NCBI GenBank assembly: GCA_043228905.1
Contig: JBHGNT010000010.1
Coordinates: 5,208,001 to 5,272,000, forward strand
Origin: Azolla caroliniana
Taxonomy: Eukaryota; Plantae; Polypodiophyta
Length of the DNA: 64,000 nucleotides
Direction of reading: 5' to 3'
The position numbers and the translations under genes were made by a program. Shown here one piece after another: positions 14,341-27,248 of this stretch (positions within the stretch are counted from its first letter, which is position 1; each line of letters begins with the position of its first letter). The notes under the pieces were generated by a model. That model was not told the DNA's origin. It worked only from the letters and a program-made list of their open reading frames with translations, and searched no databases.

Positions 14341-16963
14341 GTTCTAAGTTGTGTGTGTTCACTAGAGATAGCGGTTTCTTTGCCTTTCTAGGCTTCTCTA
14401 TGCCAAATGACCATATTTCTTCATTCTCTTGGTTTTTAGTCCCAGAACAACACACCTTTAGATCTGTCGGTCCGATCGGTCTTTAACATGTATCGATCAT
14501 TCTAATATTGGTTGATCCCTTCACCGAAACTCTGACCATTCCTTACATAACTCCCTTATTTGCTCGCATTTTCGCTTCCCTCTTCTTTTTATTCTTATCC
14601 ACCTCCGATTATGTTACAAGTGGTGGTTATGTACAACTGGGTGTGACTTTTATACAATACGATGTGTTGGGGTACACATTATTTGCCCATGATTTAAAGG
14701 AATTATGCTCATCATCCCAAGAAACGGTTGAGCTCGTTGTGGACTTTGTGAAAGAATATGCCTAATAAATGCCATGAATCAAAGAACCCCATTTATAGCT
14801 CGTGTATTACCCATGTCATAATGTTATAGAGTGGATGGACCAATCTCCTATAGCCCACTCTTTTTTAGGAGTTCTATTTTTTATCGTGCACGTGATCTCA
14901 AACTAAAATTTTGAAGCTCAAATCGTAATACCAAATGCCCAATTACTTTTGTAGTAAATGGACAGTTATTCCTTGAATAAAAAAATAGAGTATACCAACT
15001 TGTATTAAGATTAATATTGTAAGTATGTGTTATTTGTTAAAAATTACGTCATCTCTTGAGTATGGTTAATCAAGTATTCCATGAATTGTCACACATCAAC
15101 CCTAATTAACACCGTTAGTATTGATCATTGATTATGCAACATTTTTTTATAATGAAATATATAGTCATGAAGCAGTGTGATTGGCATTGTTTGGTCATAT
15201 TATGTAGACAACATGATCATTATGATAATACCAACATGATGGTGTTTAGTAACATCATCAATGTCATGATTGTTGGATGTTTAGGAGTGCTTAGACTATA
15301 CTCCACCTCTCTACGAATTGTTTATACTAACATTTCTCAAACTACAAGTGTATCTTTTATAGTACATCAAATAACATAGGGTATATTTTAAAAGTACTCT
15401 CACCCATTTTAGTGTAGTTTGCTTAAAACAATGTGATAGAGATATTCACAACAATAAGAATACATGGTTGGAGAAACATTTTGAACATTGCAAAAAAGGG
15501 AGAACCGATGATTTGCAAATGGATGTTATTGAAACAATGAATGCATGTAGATTTAAGAAACTAGCCTCATCATGTTGTTTTGGATTGTCGTGAAAAGCAA
15601 CTTGTTCCCTATCCCCAAAATTGGTCTAGCATCATGTTGGCTTCCTTGACCCAATGGATATAAAATTCATAGTGTTGGATCTCCAATGGTTTAGCACCCT
15701 TGTAGCATTCCTATACTTATCCTCGTCATCAAACGATGGGTTTGGTATGTATAGTGTATTGTAGAGTAGTGATTTGACTCCTCTTTGATGGCACTAGTTG
15801 GTTATGCAGATCAAGCAAATAATGTATCACCCAAAAAAGCACGAAGGAGAGTTTATATTCTCATTAAAGTTGTCTTCCTATGAGTATTAGAAATGATATG
15901 ATTGTCTTTTAACCATACATCATAGGACCATCCATTGGTAAATACCATAACGCCCATATAAAAAAATGGAAGGGTAAAAAAAAGAACTCATAAGAGAAGC
16001 ATTGTACATGGAATATTGTATGGATGGATTAGGAATTTCAAGTTAATATCAACCATCCCCCTCTTGGTAAGGTCAATGTTCACTTAAATTAGTTAATTCT
16101 CCACTTTAGCTCCACCCTTTAGTACTTTAGAGCCAAGACACATAACACCATCCTTTCAAATGGTGATAGTGGTTGATTAGGTTCTTGGAACCAATTTATG
16201 CCAACTTCTATTACTTGCCATATCTTGGCTCCCACTACCCTATGTCAACTAACAACCATGCCATGTATTACAAAAAAAAAAACCAAATGATAATAAATGA
16301 ATATTGAGATCAAGAAAATAATGGGTTAAGGGTACTTAAGCACACCCAAAACTATTTATGTGAAGGACAAATGACAAACATAAAATACAATCAACATCCC
16401 ATACTGGTGAATATCACCTTGTTTTATACATTGGAAGTTGAGATGAATAGTAACAATCGGCAACGGTTCGGTTCGGTTCGAAAGCCTCAAACCCAAACCG
16501 GTTCGAACCAAACTGTTAAGAAAATGTTGTAACCCAAACCGAACTGAACTGAACCACAAAACCGTCTAAACCGAACCGGTTGCACGAAATTCAAACCTGA
16601 ACCAAACGGTTCTTGAAGTACTAGAACCGTTAAACCGGTTAAACCACGGTTTCGCAGTTCGGTTTTGGTTTTGGTATGAAACAAATTATTAATGTTTTTT
16701 CTCAATGCATTATGAACTTAACAAGTTATATCAATTGGCCATTATAATGATACATAAAACTTTAACTAAGAACAATTTTCTTATGAGGAAAGTTACTCAT
16801 ATGCAACGATGAAAATTGCAACAACAAGAGCACCAATAAGTGCACCCATAATTCATTTGATGAAAATTGCAACAAGAGCACCAATAAGTCCACCCATAAT
16901 CCATTTGTTGTGACTTATTCTTCGTGTCTAATGAAATTTACAAAACTAGGGATTGTTCGGAAC

Positions 16964-17113
16964 CTTAGCAACAACTTCTTGAGACGGTGTTCCCAGCAAG
17001 TCAGTAATGAGGTCTAACTGATGTGCAACATTTCTACCAGGAAAGAGTGGTTCTCTTGTCAATAGTTTAGCGAATATGCATCCAATGCTCCGCATGTCAA
17101 TTGTAGTTGTGTA
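16964..17113 (-). pseudogene. Captured complete 150-bp exon of a group D (TDY-type) MAP kinase inside the hAT
   Basis: AG|[50 protein letters not shown]|GT matches plant MAPK subdomains IX-X ([44 protein letters not shown]). It is absent from the ORF track. Confidence 0.9.
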
Positions 17114-17287
17114 CTATAATAGCAAGTTGCAACCAAGAGAATATGTAAGGCAAACAAAGACAACACACATAAGTCCATAGAATACTTTAAGAGACCAAAC
17201 AAGCATTTTCGTAGTTCATCATAAAAAATGACACATTTACAGGTCATCAGACAAAATAAAACAGTCACAGGCCTGATGACCTGTAAA

Positions 17288-17699
17288 TCTTCGTGTTATG
17301 GATATTAAAATCTTCTTACTCTTGCCAATGTTGTCATCCACATCACCTGACACCAAGCTACAATATCAAAAGCAACATCCTCAAAAAATTAGCATAGATA
17401 CATCAGAAAGAATCAAAATTTTAAGAGAACAAATTCTTAATTTTAAAGTAATCTAGCTTCTCTAATACTAAAAACCTTGAAATGTAATCATGAACAAATC
17501 AACCAGAGAAAATATCTCCATTTAGAGAGTAGCAAAGTAGAAAAACTATATATCATCGTACCTTATCTTGTGCATGAAGGAGTGTTTGTCTCGGTTGATG
17601 GAGATCTTGCAATATGGAAACACCAAGCTCCTCAGTTTCTAGAATAACCCTCTTGCTTTCTTTAATTTTTTCACTAGATTGATTAAGCCTCTCCAGCAT
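17288..17699 (-). pseudogene. VTI1: Captured fragment (two exons plus intervening intron) of a VTI1-family Qb-SNARE inside the hAT
   Basis: 17699-17562 reads MLERLNQSSEKIKESKRVILETEELGVSILQDLHQPRQTLLHAQDK|GT. 17357-17288 includes DVDDNIGKSKKILISITRR. Both match the VTI11/13 SNARE motif. Confidence 0.9.
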
Positions 17700-17891
17700 A
17701 CGAAATAATTTTAAAATGACATCAATATAACAATGGTGGATCCAAGTTAAAACCACTAAATCATGAAAAATGAACAAATTTAAGTTCAAATGCCAAACAC
17801 TTAAATTTTAAATTTTAAATATGTCCATCAACAATATGAAAGTATAATGTTTGAAATTAAAAAGAAATATATGGGCAATTAAGCACGTGTT

Positions 17892-20149
17892 CTAACTTCT
17901 AATTTGACTCAACATATAGTCCACTACATCATCCTCCATAGCAATATCTTCCACATCTATATCCAACTTATTATACGCTTCACTAAAGTCTTCAGGTAAT
18001 GAAACATTTGCCTCATTAAGGACATTCAACCATGACCTAATGCACATTTCAGCCTTGAAAGTGCATGAGTGTAGACGAATTCTATCGTGAAAGTTATTTT
18101 TTGCTTCAGAATTAGCCTCCTCTGAAGGCACTGATGATGCTGGTATTGTTAAATAATCACACGCCATCTTGTACATTCGAGGTAAAGCAAACTTGGTTTA
18201 GATGTAAACAAACATTTTGAAACTGATTTTGCACAAATTTGATGAAAAATGTTAAATTTATAATTGAGAAATGTGAAGCAAACCTGTTGTTAAACCACCA
18301 TTGAAGTGGATCAATATCTGTTTGTGCTACTGCTAGAGGAAATCTCATAAACTGTTCCATTTCTAATTGTGAAGATGTCACTGATTCTTGAGAAGGCTTA
18401 TTGACACCTAAGATTTTCCAAAGATCTTCACGTTTTGTAACATCTCTTTCATGTGTTTCATCATTAGAAGCCGGAACATAAACTACATAATTTTTTTCCA
18501 AGACTTTGTGAACCAAATCAATATCCAAATTCCTCTCAATTGCGTTATTGGATATTGGCACTCTGAAAACATATATGAAGATGAAACACATTACGAAATA
18601 TGTATGAAAAAAATATACCAATCAATTTACTATGTATGAAAAAAGCTATTAATAGAGCAACATACCGTGGATCAAGAAAGGTCGCAATTCGAGAAGGTAT
18701 GGACTTCAACGATTCTTGATATCTTATCAAATATTGTAAACATTTGTCACTAGCTTTTTCTTGCACTTCAATAGTTACCTTACTTGTGTTAGATTCTATT
18801 GATTCCACATCCACTCCCAAATACTTGTTACAATGTGATAACATGCCATTGAAGGCAAGAGAAGCTAGTGAGAGGGTGGGGTACTTTGACCCACTTAAAT
18901 AGGTACAAATTCTAGCAGGTAGAAAAAGCCATTGTTCCATTGCTTGTATGTGGTTCCAATCATCTATAGTAAGCATACTATCAACAAAATCCGCAGCAAT
19001 AATAGAGTCGACTATATTGCAACTTAAAACATCTCTAAGTTTCAAGGCTTCTTGGTACATTTCTAAGGTGGAATTCCATCTCGTAATGATATCAAGACAA
19101 GGTGGCTCCCGCTCTCCATGCTCATACATTGATTTAGAATACTTTCTAAATATAGATCTACGAACTTTACTAGAACGTATGGATACCAAAATATTTCTCA
19201 ACTTCATAGTGGAAGGTGAGATGACCTCGAATGCAGCCTTAATACCAAGTTGAAATACATGAACCATACATCTCAACATATTTGATGAAGGCAAAATATC
19301 ATCCCCATGCATATCATGTAGCAATCTACCCAACTCATTTGATGCCACAATAGCATCACTAGCACCATCAGATGTTACGGATAAGATGTGAGAAGAAATA
19401 CCAAAGGATTTTAAACGCATAAATAAAGCTTGACCACAACGCTTACCTACGCCATCACTAGGAAATACATGGAAGAAATCAATGAGCATAGACATTGGCT
19501 TGGCAGATTCTCTACATACCCAATGTAATGTCATTGGATAAAATCCTTTCAAACTATTATTAGACCACCCATCAAATGTAATTGCAAAACGGGAATTGAG
19601 TGTAGACAAAAAACCTATAACTATTTGACAAATGACAACATACATTTGCCCTATTGATCGTTTTAAAGTACGTGCTGACTTAAGCCTATACCCTGGTAAG
19701 ACATCATGCATGAATTGTTTAAAACCTAAGGACTCAACATGGACATGAGGCAACATTTCTGTGATTATATATTTTGTGACAGCGCTATCAATTTTCTTCT
19801 CTAATGTGCGAGTTATTAGAAGCTTGGATGTATCTAAGGGATTTTGGATCATAGACATTGGACTCATACTTGAGGAACTATGTGGCTCAGATGTGCTATT
19901 AATGTGATGTTTTTCTAATAAATGTTTTGTTAGTGTACCCGTGGATGTATTAGTTGACCAAGTACTAGAGCAATGTGAGCATCGACGGCGGGGCACACCA
20001 TTATCTATGATATTTATCGTGTGTCGGTCTGTCCATGAAGTTCATTGTCTCTTTGATCTTCCTTGAGATGTTTGACTTGTAGAAGCCGAGGACATTGTGT
20101 TTGGGGATGATAGAGTGTTCATTGAAGGGGCATCCACACTTGACTCCAT
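17892..20149 (-). pseudogene. hAT transposase (BED finger, DDE core, C-terminal dimerisation domain), three exons, probably inactivated
   Basis: Exons 20149-18666, 18562-18284 and 18192-17892. Motifs CSHC..LTKHLLEKH, ITFDGWS, VTSDGAS, RCMVHVFQL, TRWNST, ATFLDPR, DPLQWW, DYLTIPASSVPSE. In-frame TGA at 20042-20044, and the last acceptor reads AA instead of AG (18193-18194). Confidence 0.9.
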
Positions 20150-22404
20150 GTTCTATGAGGAATTAGAAAACTGTATCGGACAATGAAGTCATAATTAGTT
20201 TTATAATAAGATGATACATATAAAATCAAGGCCATAGATTACTCAAGATATTGAAGGAGATAGATCTTAACATGGAATATTTATAAGAGAACATAGATCT
20301 TGATTGAAAATAGTACAAAATCCAATGCATATAAGGAATCAAAAGACGTGGATTATGATACTCCTGAGCATTTGCGGCTTATTCCTAAGCGCCTTCAACG
20401 AATCATAAAAAAAGGTTTAAATAATTTATCACATAGATTCAACGAATCATAAAAAAAGATGTGATAATGACATGATAGCGTTGGTTAAAAATAGTGGCTA
20501 TTCATGCCAAATCACCATTGACACCTTTTATCTACCTATCCCACCAGTATGTCTTCTTGATGTACAAGAAATAGGACATGCCAATTGCTGAACGCTTGGC
20601 ATGGTGAGAACATCTGACACGTAGTACAAAAGTCATAAAATAACTATTTCTCATTAACAAATAATTGAAGAGGCAACTCCAAGCTAAACCAACATTTGTA
20701 AAGAAGACCTCTATAGGTTATGTTATCATTGGACGTGCAATCATGCCAAAAACACAAGAAGTGGACCACAATGTTAAACATAAAAGTTGAAAGCAAGACC
20801 ACTCTAAATTGCAGTATGTCATGTTGTCTATAAAGAAGGGAATATACAATGCTTTTTATAGGTTTTGGCAACCAATGACTGTAAGATGAATACAAGGCTT
20901 TTATATTTGAATCGATGTTGTCTTAACACACGAATCCACGATTACAATGGACCACCAAAGATTGTAGAAATACCCTTTGGACCTTCAGAATCGTATTATG
21001 TGGCTCATCCCAATTCTCTGGCTCAAAGAAGTATTTATGTGCCTTATATGATGCATTCCACATGAACTATGTTTAGGAAAAATACTTGATTAGTTTGAGC
21101 GCTCACAAACTAGCCTGACCACTGTAGAAGAAGAAGGAGAAGATGATGAAGGAGAGGGAGAAGAACCGCTGCAATCTGTAGAAGAAGGAGAGGGAGATGA
21201 AGGAGAAGCGAAATTAGAATTGAGACTCGTTTGTAGCTACTGTTTGAATAAGAAATAAAAGTAAAATTAAAAATAGGTATACAAACTAGGTTTTTGAAAA
21301 GCTAGGTTAAATTTGATCACTTTTTCCTAAATTGACATAATTAACCTTCAAAAAATGTGTTGCAGAGAGAAAATTTATAAAAGTATCTCATCAAACCGTT
21401 ACACCATTTAAAACCGTTTAAACCGAAACCGTTAAGCCGATGAGGACTCAAACCGAACCGAACCGAACTTGTGCCCCCCCGAACCGAACCGAACCGAAAC
21501 CGAACCATTTGTGAAAATCCAAACCCGAGCCGAACCGGTTAAACCGCGGTTTCTCGGTTCGGTTCGGTTCGAACCGAACCGTTGCCGATTGTTAATGAAT
21601 AGGTCCAATGGAAAGATAGTTTGTCCTCAACGATAGAATATTGTCAACGTCTCAATATGCCATGATGGAAGAGGTAGCTTGTCCCCTTTTTGTAGCCCAA
21701 CACCTAATAGATTATAAGGTCGACTTGTCCCATTGTCCTCAATTACACATGCTATATATAACAAAATTATGGATAAATTTGTCCATTTTCCTATTTATTG
21801 TAGGAACTTTTTTTCGAGGGGGAGGGAGGGAGGTGGGGGAGAATCGAGGGAAGCGAAAAAAGAAACAACAATGTGCATATGAGTTTTGAAACTCATAGAC
21901 ACACACTCACTCTCACACGTGTGTGTGTGTGTGTGCGCGTGTATGTAAAGTCTCTTAGGTGTGTGGGGGGTGGCAATTTCAGTAAGGTACGAAAGCTCTA
22001 GAAACAAAGAAAACAGAACGTGCGTTTGTGTTAGTGTTTTAGATGTGTGTCTGGGGAGACAATTTCCGTAAGTAATGAAAGCTCTAGAAATGAAGAAAAT
22101 GCATGGACATATCCGAGTTTTTTGGAACACACACATAGGTGGGAAAGGCTTCTTTTTTGTTTCAAGGGTGTGCGTTGTGTCACACGGAAGCAGTTCTATC
22201 GATCGATGGATTTGTTCCTCCCATCAATATCGTTTTCTTGGGGCCAGGACCAACATATACCCTTTTGGTGGCTAACGGGGCGGAGGTAGTTGTCAAATAC
22301 CTTTGAGCTACTAACTCACTTAGTATTACACAATTCGTTCTCGCTTTACTCTCTTATACACTTAAGAAATAAGTAAAAACAAAGACAATGTATTATTTCC
22401 ACCA

Positions 22405-22683
22405 TTGTTAGGATGTAATCTCTTCTTTGGTCTTATAGGTCATTTTGGTCTCTTATTGGTCATGTTTAAATGGGGACAACCAAGCTATATTGGAACTAGT
22501 TAGTGCATTTATGCTTATGCCATGTGACTTGAACCATTGTTTTATTTCAACACACCAACAATGAATGTCTCCATGAGAAGTTAATGAAATGATATTTGCA
22601 ATGAGCCTTTTTTTGGTGCAATGCAAGTCTGTTGATTATAGAGTTGGCATGGGCCTTACTGCAATATCTTGTTCCTTCCATCA
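22405..22683. mobile_element. Short LINE remnants related to the intronic LINE at 2097-4510
   Basis: 22412-22457 resembles that LINE's 3' tail (GATGTAATCTCTT..TTATAGG..TTTTGG.CTCTTA). 22470-22683 resembles 3120-3270. Confidence 0.55.
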
Positions 22684-25600
22684 TGTTGAGCGACAAGCTC
22701 AACTGGAGCCGGATCGGCTGAATAAGCCTGAGCCGGTAAGTGAGACGGATCAGTATGACGGTGAGCAACCAAGCCAGCAAGCAACCAAGCCGGTGAGCTG
22801 GGGAGCCGGTTAGCCGGATCCAATTGGTAACCGGCAACCTAGTGTTAAGTTTAGACTACTAGGCAGTTATAGTCTCATAGTAAGTGTCAGATGCTCGTGT
22901 GATCATTGAAGTACACGGTACTTCTGTCAGTCCCATGAGGACTTGTATAAATAGCGCTGGTAAGCACATTGTATGTACAAAGAACATTTCATATAATTTT
23001 GAATTAGCATTCTGCTCTCTCTGTCTGTCTCTCCCGCGTACTCTCTCTCATTTTGTGTTTCCTGTGTTTCTATTTTAACGCTTTCGCAAACATATACGTT
23101 TTCATGGTATCAGAGCGCGAGGGTTGAGAACCTCTGTTGCAAACATTCGCCTTGAAAAGCAAACCCTAACAGGTCGCAAGAACAGACATAGAAGCAGTTA
23201 TGGACAGAGGTATGGCAAGTTCACTTCCCACAGAGAAACTCGACCGGAGCAATTACGCGTCCTGGTCGTACAAAATGCATCAGTACCTACTGGGGCATGG
23301 GTATTGGAGTTTCATGGAAGGAACGAACGAAACAACACCTGATGCGGCACATAAGGATTTCCCAGTGTGGGAACAATCGGCAAGCAGAGTGATGTACTGC
23401 TTCGCGTCCAGTGTCGGAGACCAGTTGCCGAGCCACATCCGAGATGCCAAGACGCCGAAGGAGGCTTGGGGAAACCTGAAGAAGGTTTTCGCAACGAGCA
23501 CTACAGCCCGGAAGCTGCAACTCCGATAGGAGTTGAGCAATGTCCGACAGAAGGACATGTCGGTGGCGGATTACACGGCCCGGATCAAAGAGATCTACGA
23601 CTCGCTTGCCTCCATCAACGTTATAGTTGAGGAAGACGAGATGGTACAGGTCTGTCTTGGGGGCCTGACGTCTAAGTACAAAGCCTTTCGGACGGCGGTT
23701 TGTACAAGGGAGAATACGCCGTCATTTTTCGACTTACAGTCGATGCTCCTTGTAGAGGAGAACCACGCTGGTGCGTCAACTAGCGCACCCACTGACAGCC
23801 GGATGTTGTACATGGAGGCGGATCGGTCCCGTGGGCGTGGTGGACGAGGCGGGTCGGCATGCAATGGAGGCGGCCGACAAGCGCAAGAACGAGGGTTTTC
23901 GCAACGAGCACTACAGCCCGGAAGCTGCAACTCCGATAGGAGTTGAGCAATGTCCGACAGAAGGACATGTCGGTGGCAGATTACACGGCCCGGATCAAAG
24001 AGATCTACGACTCGCTTGCCTCCATCAACGTTATAGTAGAGGAAGACGAGATGGTACAGGTCTGTCTTGGGGGCCTGACGTCTAAGTACAAAGCCTTTCG
24101 GACGGCGGTTTGTACAAGGGAGAATACGCCGTCATTTTTCGACTTACAGTCGATGCTCCTTGTAGAGGAGAACCACGCCGGTGCATCAACTAGCGCACCC
24201 ACTGACAGCCGGATGTTGTACATGGAGGCGGATTGGTCCCGTGGGCGTGGTGGACGAGGCGGGTTGGCATGCAATGGAGGCGGCCGACAAGCGCAAGAAC
24301 GACGGCATAGAGATTGTGCCGACAACAGTTCTGGGAATTCCACAAGCAGGGGGAGTCAAGGCGGTGCCGGAGGCCGGCAAGACAAATCCGCACCGGAATG
24401 CTGGTACTGTGGCAAAAAGGGCCACAGAGAAAGTGAGTGTTAGAGAAAGCGCGCCGACTCGGATAAATCCGGATCCGACAAGGCTGGCAATGATGGCCGA
24501 CAAAGCTCGCACTACGCAAATGGATCGGGAGGATCCAAGAACGGTAAGGGACCAGCCTCAGTGATGAGTCACAAGGCAAACTCAATGAAGAAGATCACTC
24601 CCAAATCAGAGGAAGCGTGGTACGTTGATTCCGGCGCGTCAAACCACATGACGAGCCAAAAGGAGTGGTTCTCCTTTTTGGAGAAACCGGATCAACCAGG
24701 GGTAGTCGAAACCGGAGACGACACTTCTCACCCAATCGTGCACGTCGGAGAAGTCCCTTTGAGCCATGTCGGACAGAAGGGGAAGCTGATGAACGTGTTA
24801 CACATTCCGACAATCACGAAGAACCTGGTGTCGGTCGGAGAGATCGTCGACCAGGGGATGCAAGTGCGGTTTACGCACCTTGGGTGCTTCATCGAGGAAG
24901 AGGGCCAGATTATTGCGCAAGGGCGTAGAGACGGGAGGATGTTTATCCTCGACACCAATGACGTCGACACCGCTCTGTTTGTAAAAGGACAGAAGGTCGA
25001 ATCGAACATCGACCTGTGGCACAAGCGGATAGGCCACGTCAATTACCGGAGGCTTCAAGACCTGCAAACGAAACAAGTTGTTTTCGATTTGCCGAAGTTC
25101 AGCGGCCGGAAGGCCCAAGTATGTGAATCGGGAAGCAACACCGGCTTCCATTCCCTGCCGAACATAACCAGAGCCGTAACAAGCTCGACCTAATCCATTC
25201 GGATGTGTGGGGACCGGCACAGAATGTTAGTCTTGGCGGGAGTCGATATTTTGTCTCCTTCATCGACGACTATACGCGGCACACATGGATCTACCTCATC
25301 GAGCGGAAGAGTGAAGTCTTCGAGTGTTTCCGGAGTCTCCAAAGCATGGTGGAACAGGAATCAGAGAGGAAGATCAAATGCCTGCGGTCGGATGGCAGGA
25401 AAGAATACTTTTCCGGCCAATTCAACAGTTATCTGCAACAAACGGGAATTCGGCGAGAGTTCAACTGCAGATATACACCGCAACAGAACGGTGTTGCCGA
25501 GAGGAAGAATCGGTCGCTTATTGATGCGGCAAGGGCTATGCTGGAGGAGAAGAGCATGCCCAAATTCTATTGGGCGAAGGCAGTCCGAACGACTGTCTAC

Positions 25601-27248
25601 ATCCAGAACCGGATCGGTGATAAGGTGTCAGCTCACGAGCTATATTTCGGCTGCAAGCCGAATCTAAGACACCTTAAAATCTTCGGTAGCATTGCATATG
25701 TGCATGTATCGGATGAGAAGCGGAGGAAGCTGGATGCAAAATCGGAAAAATGCGTCCTCGTCGGCTATGCTCAAGAGCAAAAAGGGTATAAGTGTTATAA
25801 CCCCCGGACGAAATAGGTCCGAGTTAGTCGAGATGTCGAGTTCGATGAATCGGCATCATGGTATTCCTTACCGACTCTGACTTCTGATCCCGTCCTGGTG
25901 CCGGAGGATGAGGCTAGTGAGCCTGTACAGGCCCGGGTAAAGGATGATGAAGCGTGGACTCAGGATGAGAGTCCGGCATCGTTCCGGTTGAGTGGGCCGA
26001 ATGAGAGACTGAGTCAATCTGACCAGTCCGATGAGGAACCGGCGAGTAATGGAGACTCTACTGTGCACTCCCCGCGCAAGGAACCGAGGAGATGGTTCAC
26101 GCGTAAAGAGAAGGGAAAGAAGAAATGCCGGAATTTGAAACCGGCAACGATGAGTCAGATCAATGTGCATCCGACTCCGGCAAGGAGAACGACGGATCTT
26201 CGGCAATGAAGACCGAACCGGCCAAGAAGGGCCTCAATACGGGCAACGGTGAATTACGTCGGTCCACCCGCCAGAAGGATCCCGTCAAGTGGTACGGGTA
26301 CAATGAGTACATGGCGCATCACTATGCGTACATGACTAAGGTGGCGGAAGTGCGTGAGCCGGAGAGCTACGCAGAAGCGGCAAAGGACGCAAATTGGCGT
26401 GCCGCTATGGAGGAAGAAATGCAGGCACTGGATGCCAACAAGACATGGGACCTGGTTGACCCTCCCCGTCACTGCAAACCGATCGGATGCAAGTGGGTGT
26501 ACAAGGTAAAGTACAACACCGACGGTTCAATTAACCGGTACAAGGCCCGATTAGTGGCGAAGGGGTACGCACAGACCCACAGAATTGACTATGACGAGAC
26601 CTTCGCTCCTGTCGTGAAGATGACGACGGTTCGTGTGGTGCTGGTGGTTGCTACGGCAAGAATGCCTTCCTTCAAGGAGATATTGAAGAACGGTTCTACA
26701 TGATCCAACCCCCTGGTTTCCAATAAGAGATGAACAAGTCGGTGGTATGTCGACTGAAGAAGTCACTTTACAGCTTGAAGCAAGCCCCCCGAGCTTGGAA
26801 TGCGAAAATCACACACTGGTTGCGTAAGATGGGATTCGCGGCCTCCAAGTCGGACGAACTCTTCATTGTTCATCCTGAAAGGCTCAGACGGTCCGGTATG
26901 TATTCTTCTCTATGTTGATGATTTAGTCATCATCGGACCAGGCCTTTCCGAAATCGACCGCGTCAAGTCCCAGTTGTCGGACGCATTTGAGATGAAGGAC
27001 CTGGGGGGACCTTCATTATTTTCTTGGGATCGAAGTGATCCGGACCCCCGACGGCATATTACTCTCACAATGGCATTACGCGTTGAATATGCTGTACAAG
27101 TTCGGCATGACAGAATGCCAACCTGTCTCCACACCCTTGGACCGGAACCAGAAGCTCCGTCCCAACTCCGGACCGGCCTGCAGTGAGAAACGGTTCCAAC
27201 AAATCGTTGGAAGCCTTATATATTTGACCATCACCCGACCCGACATCA
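22684..27248 (+). mobile_element. Ty1/Copia retrotransposon, 3'-truncated and degenerate
   Basis: 5' LTR TGTT..TTCA at 22684-23104, tRNA-iMet PBS TGGTATCAGAGC at 23105-23116, gag from 23200 with CWYCGKKGH knuckle, protease WYVDSGAS, integrase, RT (LYVDD at ~26910). It breaks off at TRPDIS and has several stops and frameshifts. Confidence 0.93.
23484..24303 (+). repeat. 410-bp tandem duplication inside the Copia gag
   Basis: 23484-23893 vs 23894-24303. The ORFs at 23533 and 23943 are near-identical, with about 6 substitutions. Confidence 0.95.

Larger units (their letters stand above)
16451..21594 (-). mobile_element. hAT DNA transposon (5144 bp) carrying captured host exons
   Basis: Perfect 25-bp TIR TAACAATCGGCAACGGTTCGGTTCG (16451-16475 / 21570-21594). 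Perfect 8-bp TSD ATGAATAG (16443-16450 / 21595-21602). Dense AACCG/CGGTT subterminal repeats and an internal transposase. Confidence 0.97.

Noticed and set aside
15400-16300. Older hAT-like remnant (VFTNGWS-like peptide on the minus strand)
   Set aside because: Too degraded to define ends or a frame.
16451-16680. CRISPR-like or satellite array
   Set aside because: These are irregular AACCG subterminal repeats of the hAT, with no constant repeat-spacer period, in a eukaryotic context.
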